In this document: in pieces, positions 37,900 to 46,669 of the stretch
How positions within the stretch are numbered: the stretch's first letter is position 1
Layout of the letters: each line of letters begins with the position of its first letter
Assembly (NCBI GenBank): GCA_964389675.1
Contig: CAYMEV010000002.1
Coordinates: 124,001-188,000 of the forward strand
Reading direction: 5' to 3'
Source: an uncultured Candidatus Sumerlaeota bacterium
GTDB lineage: Bacteria > CAYMEV01
Length of the DNA stretch: 64,000 nt
The notes under the pieces: model-generated
The model's input: the letters and a program-made list of their open reading frames with translations, nothing else
What the model was told of the DNA's origin: nothing
The model's database searches: none
Made by a program: the position numbers and the translations under genes

Positions 37900-40281
37900 A
37901 TGGATAATAAATTTGATATAAAAAGCCTCGAACTGGCTTTAATCCTTGATCATATTTCAGAATATCTCTTCACAGCCGGTGGGAAAAACATTTTATACAA
38001 TGTCAGACCTCTGGGCAGCATAGAAGATATAAACAGATCTCTCGATTTTTTCAGACAATGCATGAGTTTTTATAACAGGCATTCATCCCTGTTAAGCTTC
38101 GATATGCCTGATTCCCTTGATTTTACCGGAAGGATTACCTATGAATGTATTCTGGAAGCGGAGGATTTCCTTGGGATCATCACTGTTATAAATACTTCAG
38201 GCAGACTGAAATCAGCGTTAAAAAGGGCATCAGATGAAAGACAGGATATACTGGAGAAATACTGCAGGGATCTTGATGAACTGACAGATCTAAAGCAATC
38301 GATCTGCCAGGTATTTGATGATGAGGGGAATATAAAGGACAATGCGTCCAAGCTTCTTCGGAGCCTTAGAAGGGAAAAGCTGTCTGCAGAGAATAATATC
38401 AGGGATAAACTCAGGAAATTCATCAATGATAATGCAAACAGGGACATAATCCAGGACTCCTATATAACAAGCAGAAATGAGAGATATGTAATTCCGGTAA
38501 AGAGCAGCTTCTTTAAGTTTTATAAAGGTATTGTACAGGATAAGTCATCATCAGGGATTACATCATTTGTCGAGCCTGATTTCATAGTATCTGATAATAA
38601 TCGGAAAAAGGAGATTGAGATAGAAGAAAGGAACGAGCTGCTCAGGATATTAAAGGATCTCAGCAGAAAGGTCAAAGAGGCAAGTGGCGGTATCCTTAAG
38701 AATATTGACATAATTCATCGCCTTGATTTTGGTTTTGGAATATCAGCCCTCAGCTTTAAACATTATTATAATATTCCATTTGTAGGCGAAGATTCAGTAA
38801 TTGATCTAAAATCTGCCAGACATCCGTTATTGATATTCATAAAGGGATATGATGAAACAATTCCAGTTGATATAAAGATTGAAGATGAAAAGAGGATTGT
38901 TGTCATAACCGGCCCGAACACCGGAGGAAAGACTGTTGCCCTTAAGACAGTAGGGCTGATCTGCCTTATGGCAAACTGCGGCCTTCCTGTGCCTGCAGAA
39001 CCGGATTCTGTTCTGCCTCTTCTTGATTATATAATGTGTGATATCGGGGATGAACAGAATATTAACCAGAATTTGTCCACATTTTCTTCTCATATCACCA
39101 GGATAAGCAGGTTTCTGGAATATGCAAACAGCAGGAGCTTGATTCTCATAGATGAGATTGGAGCTGGTACAGACCCTAAAGAAGGTTCAGCTCTCGGAAT
39201 AGCCATTCTTGAATATTTGAGATCAAAAAAATCAATTGTTATTACTTCAACACATTATGGAACAATTAAGGCATTTGCTCATTTCAGAAAAGGCTATCTC
39301 ACCTCAATGGTCGAATTCAATAAGGATACCCTAAAGCCTACTTACAGGCTGATTACAGGAGAAGTAGGGCATAGCAATGCAATATATATAGCTGGAAAGA
39401 TAGGCCTGAAAAAAGAGGTTATTGATATTGCCGAACAGCACCTTGGCGAAAAGGAAAAGGATATTGAAAGGCTGATAAACAGCCTTGAAGAAAAGAATAA
39501 AAACCTCTCTGAGAGGCTCTCTGAGCTGGAGCATGAGAAATCAGAATTCAGAAAACAGCAGAAGAAGCAGAGAAATATACTAAAAGACCGTTACCAGGTT
39601 ATCTTTGAGATCGAAAAAAGAAGGCTTGAGGAGATCGATGGACTTTTAGGCAGGACCCGGGCCGTGCTGAACAAAAAAAAGAAGAGCAGGGCAGCCGGCA
39701 GTGAACAAAAATCTCCAAGAGAAGACATTGTGGAAATCCAGGAGAGTGCTGAAAGGATCAGAGAAGAGATTGTAAAAAACTCAGATATCAATCTGCCTGA
39801 TAATGACTATGAATCCCACAACTGCATCCCAGAACCTGGCAGTTATGTGAAAATAAAGAATTTCAGCGGGGATTTTCAGATACAGAATGTGGACAGAAAG
39901 AATAATGAATATGAGGTTGTACTGAATAATGTGAGAATGAAGATAAAAGAGGATGATATAGAAAGGGTAGTGTCGGGGGGCAACAGGATAAATAAACAGT
40001 CTGCGGATGCATTCCTGGACCATTACGGATCAAGGCCGGTAGCAAACGAGATTAATATTATAGGTATGGATGCCGAAAATGCAATAAGGACTGTTGAAAG
40101 CATCATTGATGATGCATATTCTGCAGGGAAACCATATATAAGGATTATTCACGGGCTTGGGGAAGGTATTCTCAGGGAGGCGGTAAGAGAGTATCTTAAA
40201 ACAAGGAACGAGATTAAGGAGATTATCAGAGGTGAAATTGTATATAAAAATTCAGGTATTACAGAAGCAGTCTTTTTTTGA
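37900..40281 (+). CDS. mutS2: Endonuclease MutS2
   Basis: ARHPLL, TGPNTGGKT, LSTFSSH, DEIGAGTDP, C-terminal Smr domain (IIHGLGEG). Confidence 0.95.
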   Translation: MDNKFDIKSLELALILDHISEYLFTAGGKNILYNVRPLGSIEDINRSLDFFRQCMSFYNRHSSLLSFDMPDSLDFTGRITYECILEAEDFLGIITVINTSGRLKSALKRASDERQDILEKYCRDLDELTDLKQSICQVFDDEGNIKDNASKLLRSLRREKLSAENNIRDKLRKFINDNANRDIIQDSYITSRNERYVIPVKSSFFKFYKGIVQDKSSSGITSFVEPDFIVSDNNRKKEIEIEERNELLRILKDLSRKVKEASGGILKNIDIIHRLDFGFGISALSFKHYYNIPFVGEDSVIDLKSARHPLLIFIKGYDETIPVDIKIEDEKRIVVITGPNTGGKTVALKTVGLICLMANCGLPVPAEPDSVLPLLDYIMCDIGDEQNINQNLSTFSSHITRISRFLEYANSRSLILIDEIGAGTDPKEGSALGIAILEYLRSKKSIVITSTHYGTIKAFAHFRKGYLTSMVEFNKDTLKPTYRLITGEVGHSNAIYIAGKIGLKKEVIDIAEQHLGEKEKDIERLINSLEEKNKNLSERLSELEHEKSEFRKQQKKQRNILKDRYQVIFEIEKRRLEEIDGLLGRTRAVLNKKKKSRAAGSEQKSPREDIVEIQESAERIREEIVKNSDINLPDNDYESHNCIPEPGSYVKIKNFSGDFQIQNVDRKNNEYEVVLNNVRMKIKEDDIERVVSGGNRINKQSADAFLDHYGSRPVANEINIIGMDAENAIRTVESIIDDAYSAGKPYIRIIHGLGEGILREAVREYLKTRNEIKEIIRGEIVYKNSGITEAVFF

Positions 40282-40299
40282 GGTATGTTTTAGCTTGGC

Positions 40300-42036
40300 A
40301 TGAAAGATGATATTGTCAGAACTATAAAGGAATCAGTAGATATAGTCGACCTTATTTCTTCATATGTGAACCTGGAAAGAAAATCGGATAAATATTATGG
40401 GTTGTGCCCTTTCCACAATGAAAGCAAACCTTCCTTCACCGTGGACCAGGAAAAGGGATTTTATTATTGTTTCGGGTGCCAGAGGGGTGGTGATCTTATA
40501 AAATTTGTTGAATCCATTGAAAACATGGAGTTTATGGAAGCTGTGCATTTCATATGTGAAAAATATAATATAAAAGTAAATAAGGAGTGGAAAAAATCGA
40601 AAAAGGATATAAATTATCTCTTTGAGATAAACAGAAAAGCCCTGCAGGTATTTTTTTCCAACCTGTTAAATACTAAGGAAGGTCAAAAGGCCATTGCCTA
40701 CATTAAAGCAAGGGGCATTCTGCAGAAGACAGTAGATGATTTTTCTCTCGGCTATTCCATGGATTCATGGAATTCCCTGTATAATATCCTGCATTCAGAA
40801 TATACAGATGCTGAGCTGGAAACATCAGGGCTGTTCAAGAAAAATGACAGGGGCTACCTCTATGATGCTTACAGAAATAGAGTAATATTCCCCATCAGAG
40901 ATATCCATGGAAGGGTTATAGGTTTTGGAGGCAGAATAATCGGTGACGGAGAAAAGGAGGCAAAATATATCAATTCACCCAAAACCGATCTTTATGAAAA
41001 GGGAAAGAACCTTTACGGCCTTGACATTACAAGGAAAGAGATCTCAAGGCTTGGTTCTGCTGTTTTAGTTGAGGGTTATCTTGATGCTATATCGGTTTAT
41101 CAGGCTGGAATCAGGAATGTGTGTGCATGCCTGGGTACAGCCCTTACAGAATCTCAGATTAAGCTTCTGAAACGATACTGCAAAATATTCTATATATGCT
41201 TTGATTCTGATTCAGCAGGTGTTAAAAGCGCTTTGTCAAACTTTGATTTATTTCAGGAATATGAAATTGACAGTTACTATATTGATATCAGGCCCTCAAA
41301 AGATCCTGATGAGTTTATTAAGAAATTCGGAGCAGATGCCTTTTCAGAAAGGATGAAGGAATCACTATCCCTGGAGGATATTGTGATAAGAAAGTATATG
41401 GACAGCATTGTCAGTGATAAAAAAAGTCTTGACAAAGGTCTTTTTATGGATACTATGGCAAGACTTTTGTCAATAAAGGATTATATTAAAAGATATAAAT
41501 ATTTTGAGGAACTGGCTTCCTTGCTGAATACAAGCAGTGATTCAATGCTCAGGGAATACAAACGAACTGCAAGATTCAGGAATATCAAAGGAAGGCCTGC
41601 AAGGTCAGATCATACAGATGAGCCTGTGATTCCTCAAAAAGAAATAAAGGTATTGAAGGCATTATTTCTTATGACCAGGGAGGAAATGGATTACTTTCAG
41701 GAAAGCTTATATGAAATTATTTCATTAAATTCCCCGATACGAGTTCTTTTCAGGAATGTATATGACAGTGGCAAAAATGCGACTTTCTCTGAACTTAAAG
41801 AGAAGATACCATTTATGGATGAAAAAATTGCCGGTATAATTGTCAGAATTGAACAGGAGCTTGAAAATATTTCGGAGGAAGGCAAAATGGAGCTAAAAGA
41901 AAGTATATTTTTAAAACTTCTTAAAGCCAAACTCGGTATATTACAAAAAAAAATCTCTTCCGAGAGTGATAAGAAAGTGCTTGAAGACCTTCTAAAAGAA
42001 AAGATCGAGTTAAAGAGAAGATTACTAAAAACATGA
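40300..42036 (+). CDS. dnaG: DNA primase
   Basis: CPFH...CFGC zinc finger, GFGGR, KYINSP, EGYLD, TOPRIM FDSD, KDPD. Confidence 0.97.
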   Translation: MKDDIVRTIKESVDIVDLISSYVNLERKSDKYYGLCPFHNESKPSFTVDQEKGFYYCFGCQRGGDLIKFVESIENMEFMEAVHFICEKYNIKVNKEWKKSKKDINYLFEINRKALQVFFSNLLNTKEGQKAIAYIKARGILQKTVDDFSLGYSMDSWNSLYNILHSEYTDAELETSGLFKKNDRGYLYDAYRNRVIFPIRDIHGRVIGFGGRIIGDGEKEAKYINSPKTDLYEKGKNLYGLDITRKEISRLGSAVLVEGYLDAISVYQAGIRNVCACLGTALTESQIKLLKRYCKIFYICFDSDSAGVKSALSNFDLFQEYEIDSYYIDIRPSKDPDEFIKKFGADAFSERMKESLSLEDIVIRKYMDSIVSDKKSLDKGLFMDTMARLLSIKDYIKRYKYFEELASLLNTSSDSMLREYKRTARFRNIKGRPARSDHTDEPVIPQKEIKVLKALFLMTREEMDYFQESLYEIISLNSPIRVLFRNVYDSGKNATFSELKEKIPFMDEKIAGIIVRIEQELENISEEGKMELKESIFLKLLKAKLGILQKKISSESDKKVLEDLLKEKIELKRRLLKT

Positions 42037-42048
42037 GGGGGGTAGTAA

Positions 42049-43845
42049 ATGTCGGACAATTATAATTTTAAGGAAATAAGCAAATTGATATCCTTGGGAA
42101 AAGAGAACGGCTATCTTACTTTTGAACAGGTAAGCGATATTTTGCCTGATGAGCTTAACACCCCTGATAAGCTTACTGAAATATGCGGGATTATTGATGA
42201 AAATAATATTGAACTTATATCAAAGAATGAAGAACAGAACAGGACCAAGATGTATCAGGAAGAAGAAAAGGATGATATTATAGAGACTGCAAATCTGCCT
42301 GCAGTGAAGACTATCGGTTATGAACCTTTGAGGATGTATTTCAAGGAGATGGGGAAGGTCCCTCTCTTAACCAGGGATGGTGAGGTTGAACTGGCGAAAA
42401 GGATAGAGCGTGCAAAAGAAGACCTGCAGGGGGCCTTATGCAACTGTATCCTTGTTGTTGAAGAACTTTTTGTAATGGCTAAAAGACTCAAGCAAAACCA
42501 GATAAAAATACTGGACATAATCAAGAATGCTTCAGAGATTGAAGATGAAGAAGAGATCGATGATCTCGATGATATCGCAGAAGGCCTTCTTGAAGAAGAG
42601 GATAATGAGGTCAAAACTCTTGCAGATCAGCTTACAGCGGAATTTTATGAAAAGGTTGATAAGATAAAGAAGCTTCATCAAAGATTGAAGCCCATTCTTG
42701 AAAAGGATATAAAAAATGCAGGTAATATTAACAGGGATCTGGTATATAAATATCAATCGCAGATTAGACAGCATTTTGCTGAAATACCATTTACAGACAA
42801 TATTATAAATCAGTTTGTAAACATAATACGCGAACTCAATACAAGGATTATTTCTGCAAATAACTGTATAAATGCTGTAGATTCCAGATTCGGCATGCCT
42901 CTGAACAAGTACAAGCAATTTTTAAAGACAAAGGAAATGGATGAAAGCTTCAAAGTCCCGGATATTTCATTAAAGTATGAGGATATTGAGGAATATGAAA
43001 AGAAGGTCAGGAATGCCCGCAGGAAAAAGAGAAGAGCTGAAATTGAGAGCCTTTTGAGAGAAGATGAGATAAGGAACATCCTTATGACCATAGAGGTTGC
43101 TAATGAACAGGCCGAAGAAGCAAAAGCAAAGCTGGTTCAGGCGAACTTAAGGCTGGTTGTTTCTCTTGCAAAAAAATATACCAACAGGGGCCTTCACTTC
43201 AGCGACCTTATCCAGGAGGGCAATATAGGCCTTATGAAAGCTGTTGATAAATTTGAGTACAGGAGGGGCTACAAGTTCTCAACATATGCTACATGGTGGA
43301 TCAGGCAGGCTATAACCAGGTCCATTGCAGATCAGTCCCGTACAATTAGAATTCCCGTCCACATGATAGAAACAATAAATAAGCTGCTGAAAATATCCAG
43401 GAAACTTGTCCAGGAAAACGGAAGAGAGCCAAGTGTTGATGAAATAGCTGAAAAGATGGACCTGCCTGTTATAAAGGTAAGAAAAATACTTAAAATTGCA
43501 CAGGAACCTATTTCACTTGAAACCCCGATTGGTGAGGAAGAAGACAGCCATCTCGGGGATTTCATAGAAGATTCAAAAGCCATTAACCCTGAAAAATCAG
43601 TTGTTGTCGATAATCTTCAAAAGATCATGGACAGGCTCCTGAAAACATTAACTTTCCGTGAAGAGCTTGTCATACGCAAGCGTTTCGGCATTGCAAATGA
43701 ACTGGAATCCACACTTGAAGATGTGGGAAAGGAATTTGCCGTGACAAGAGAAAGAATAAGGCAGATCGAATCCAAGGCCCTGAGAAAGCTGAGGCATCCA
43801 TCGCGTTCAAAGAAACTGAAACCATTTCAGAATAATATAAGATAG
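42049..43845 (+). CDS. rpoD: RNA polymerase primary sigma factor
   Basis: Region 1.1, non-conserved insert, [37 protein letters not shown]. Confidence 0.98.
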   Translation: MSDNYNFKEISKLISLGKENGYLTFEQVSDILPDELNTPDKLTEICGIIDENNIELISKNEEQNRTKMYQEEEKDDIIETANLPAVKTIGYEPLRMYFKEMGKVPLLTRDGEVELAKRIERAKEDLQGALCNCILVVEELFVMAKRLKQNQIKILDIIKNASEIEDEEEIDDLDDIAEGLLEEEDNEVKTLADQLTAEFYEKVDKIKKLHQRLKPILEKDIKNAGNINRDLVYKYQSQIRQHFAEIPFTDNIINQFVNIIRELNTRIISANNCINAVDSRFGMPLNKYKQFLKTKEMDESFKVPDISLKYEDIEEYEKKVRNARRKKRRAEIESLLREDEIRNILMTIEVANEQAEEAKAKLVQANLRLVVSLAKKYTNRGLHFSDLIQEGNIGLMKAVDKFEYRRGYKFSTYATWWIRQAITRSIADQSRTIRIPVHMIETINKLLKISRKLVQENGREPSVDEIAEKMDLPVIKVRKILKIAQEPISLETPIGEEEDSHLGDFIEDSKAINPEKSVVVDNLQKIMDRLLKTLTFREELVIRKRFGIANELESTLEDVGKEFAVTRERIRQIESKALRKLRHPSRSKKLKPFQNNIR

Positions 43846-43846
43846 C

Positions 43847-45202
43847 TCAGGGGTTCAATAGTTCTTTTTCTGATACAGGCCTTAATGATGCGCTGTAAAT
43901 GTCCTTTATAAATACCGCTGCTGATAAGACTATCAGTGGGTCGAAAGGGATTCTGAACCTTGTATCTGAATTCAGTAATACAGATGTCAGATAAAATGAG
44001 AGAAGTATTATATTTATAAAAACCAGCCTTTTCTTGAGTATATTAATTACTGAGACACAGACAGCCCCTGATAACAGCATCAGTGATAAAAAAGGGCTGA
44101 GAAATCCTCTGGCAGGGATTTTGAATAAAATGGATGCCCTTATAAGCGTCATATTCAGATAATTGACCGGGTCTTTTAATATAATGCCTGCAAGGTGTTT
44201 TTTTATTTCATTCTGGCGGGATACTTCGCTATATCCCTTGATATCCGGAAAATCATAGAGATATTCTCTTTTTAATGCATGATGCAGTGCCATGTCCTCA
44301 AGGGGATTCAGCTCCTTTTTGTCCTGATAGAGAAAAACGGGATTATTCCTTGCCCAGAGTGTTATCGCCCCTTTTGTAGGAAATACGACAATTGAATTAA
44401 AAACATAGTAGTTTCTTATGACCCATGGAGCAGTGAACAGGCATATTATGACCAGTATGACTGCCAGGTATCTCTTTCTGTTCCTGCAGTATCTAAATAA
44501 TACAGCAGGGAAAAGGATAAATATGCTCTGGGATTTAGTGAGAAAAGCAAATGATGCCAGTAATCCAATGATCAAGGATGTTCTTAAGTGGCTGCTTTTA
44601 ACTTCATGAGACTCAAGGGCAAAAACAGCCAAGCTGATAATAAATAAAAACAGTGTTTCAGACATTATTTTCTGGTTATAAATCATGTTTAAAGGCAGGA
44701 ACGCGATGAAAGTCCATACAAGCAGCAGGGATTGCCTGGAGTGGAAATAAGACTTTGAAAGCCTGATAAGGAAAAGCATGGCAAAAAAATAAAGCAGTGA
44801 GTTCATTAATTTTATCAGTATTATCTGCCTTGACAGTGCTCCCAGCAGGCTTATAATTATCGGGAACAGGGGTTCCCAGAATGCAGTCTTTGAACCGGTT
44901 TTTACTGTAGCCCTGAAATAATCATCTTTTATATCAGCTGTCCCTACAGTCTCTGAAAATGCTTTTCCCTTGTCAGACATATCTTTTTCAGAAACCTTTA
45001 TATCAGGCATTATAAATTCTTTGTGCTTTATTATATTATTCCTGAGGCTAATATATATAAGCTGGTCCTCAACCGGGAAAACCAGGCTGTTGGCTGATAA
45101 AATATTTATAAATAAGCTGACAGCGAGAAGCAGGGCCAAAAAACAGCAGGAAAAATTATCTTGTTGATTTTGCATGATATAAGCATTATATTTTATTTTC
45201 AT
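43847..45202 (-). CDS. ArnT/PMT-like (GT-C) membrane glycosyltransferase
   Basis: Polytopic; PLFP, MSETLF, PWVIRNY, RFRIPF motifs; true start uncertain (alternative Met at 45175). Confidence 0.72.
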   Translation of the reverse strand: MKIKYNAYIMQNQQDNFSCCFLALLLAVSLFINILSANSLVFPVEDQLIYISLRNNIIKHKEFIMPDIKVSEKDMSDKGKAFSETVGTADIKDDYFRATVKTGSKTAFWEPLFPIIISLLGALSRQIILIKLMNSLLYFFAMLFLIRLSKSYFHSRQSLLLVWTFIAFLPLNMIYNQKIMSETLFLFIISLAVFALESHEVKSSHLRTSLIIGLLASFAFLTKSQSIFILFPAVLFRYCRNRKRYLAVILVIICLFTAPWVIRNYYVFNSIVVFPTKGAITLWARNNPVFLYQDKKELNPLEDMALHHALKREYLYDFPDIKGYSEVSRQNEIKKHLAGIILKDPVNYLNMTLIRASILFKIPARGFLSPFLSLMLLSGAVCVSVINILKKRLVFINIILLSFYLTSVLLNSDTRFRIPFDPLIVLSAAVFIKDIYSASLRPVSEKELLNP

Positions 45203-45232
45203 GAAAATAAAAAGGAATTTGATAATTGCCCT

Positions 45233-46576
45233 ATGACAAGTATTCTGATTGCTGATGATGAACCTTCTATTCTAAGGACATTATCCATGATTCTCGAAAA
45301 AAACGGGTATGATACTTTTCAGGCCCCGGATATAGACCAGTCTGTCAGGATTCTTGAAAGCAATAATATAGATATTGCCTTCCTGGATATAAGGCTTGGT
45401 ACCGAAAGCGGTCTGGATCTGCTGGATATAGTCAGGCACAGGTACACAAATACTTCCGTTATAATGATCAGCGCCTTTTCATTGATGGATGAAACAATGA
45501 AAGCGCTCAAGCTTGGAGCGGAGGCATACATTGCAAAGCCAGTGAGAATGGAAGAGGCCATTTTCCATATAAAAAAGATCATGGAAAAAAGGGAGATTAT
45601 TGATCAGAATAAAAAGCTTAAGAGGATATGTGCATATACCGACAGGGATTACTCAATTGTCGGGGTCTCAGAAAAGATAAAAAAAATACTGGATATGGTA
45701 TACCAGATCAAAGATTTGCCCAGCCCTGTTCTAATAGAGGGAGAAAGCGGTACAGGAAAAGAGGTTGTAGCCAAGGCAATACATTTTCTGGGCAACAGGA
45801 AAGAACACCCCTTTACCGGTATCAACTGCTCTGCAATACCTGCAAATCTTTTTGAATCAGAATTATTCGGATATAAAAAGGGCAGCTTTACTGGTGCTGT
45901 TTCAGATTTTGAAGGGCTTTTTGCACAGACAGGTATCGGGACATTCTATCTGGATGATATCGATGATATTCCATTGGAATTTCAGCCCAAGCTTCTTCGA
46001 GTATTGCAGGAGAACAGGTATAGAAGGATAGGGGATACACTGGAGCATAAACTCGAATCCAGAATTATAGCCTCTTCAAAGGAATCGCTAAAGAACAAGG
46101 TTGAGGAATCCGCTTTCAGGAAAGACCTTTATTACAGGTTGAACATTATTAATATATACATACCTCCCCTCAGGGAAAGGAGGGAGGATATAATCCCCCT
46201 GGCTGAATATTTCCTTGAAAAGAAAAAGAAATACCTGGGTATCAGCGATAAATATCTCGATGAGGATGCAAAAAAGCTGCTTTTAGGATTTGATTATAAA
46301 GGGAATGTAAGGGAGCTTGAGAATATTATTGAGAGATCACTGATTTTTTCTAAGGGGACAGGGATTTCAGAGGATGATATAAAAAGAATGGCAAGTAATG
46401 ACATGGATTCTGAAGCAGGATATAATCAAAACCTTAAAGAATTACTCAAGAACAGGGAAGCTGAAATCATCAGGGAAACGCTTCAGAAATTCAAAGGCAG
46501 CAGGCGAATGGCCGCTGATCATCTCTCAGTGTCAATAAGGACACTTCTTTATAAAATTAAAGAATACGGCCTCTAG
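45233..46576 (+). CDS. sigma54-interacting response regulator (NtrC/AtoC family: REC-AAA-Fis HTH)
   Basis: ILIADDE, FLD, KP; GESGTGKE; ESELFG..KGSFTGA; FRKDLYYRL; GNVREL; HTH. Start placed at the MTSILIADD ATG. Confidence 0.93.
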   Translation: MTSILIADDEPSILRTLSMILEKNGYDTFQAPDIDQSVRILESNNIDIAFLDIRLGTESGLDLLDIVRHRYTNTSVIMISAFSLMDETMKALKLGAEAYIAKPVRMEEAIFHIKKIMEKREIIDQNKKLKRICAYTDRDYSIVGVSEKIKKILDMVYQIKDLPSPVLIEGESGTGKEVVAKAIHFLGNRKEHPFTGINCSAIPANLFESELFGYKKGSFTGAVSDFEGLFAQTGIGTFYLDDIDDIPLEFQPKLLRVLQENRYRRIGDTLEHKLESRIIASSKESLKNKVEESAFRKDLYYRLNIINIYIPPLRERREDIIPLAEYFLEKKKKYLGISDKYLDEDAKKLLLGFDYKGNVRELENIIERSLIFSKGTGISEDDIKRMASNDMDSEAGYNQNLKELLKNREAEIIRETLQKFKGSRRMAADHLSVSIRTLLYKIKEYGL

Positions 46577-46669
46577 TTTTTTATTCTTTAATTAAGTGTT
46601 AGATATGATATACTCTATCAACAGGTAAATAAAAAAAATTAGTCTAAATTAGAACGAGGTTGATGCAAA

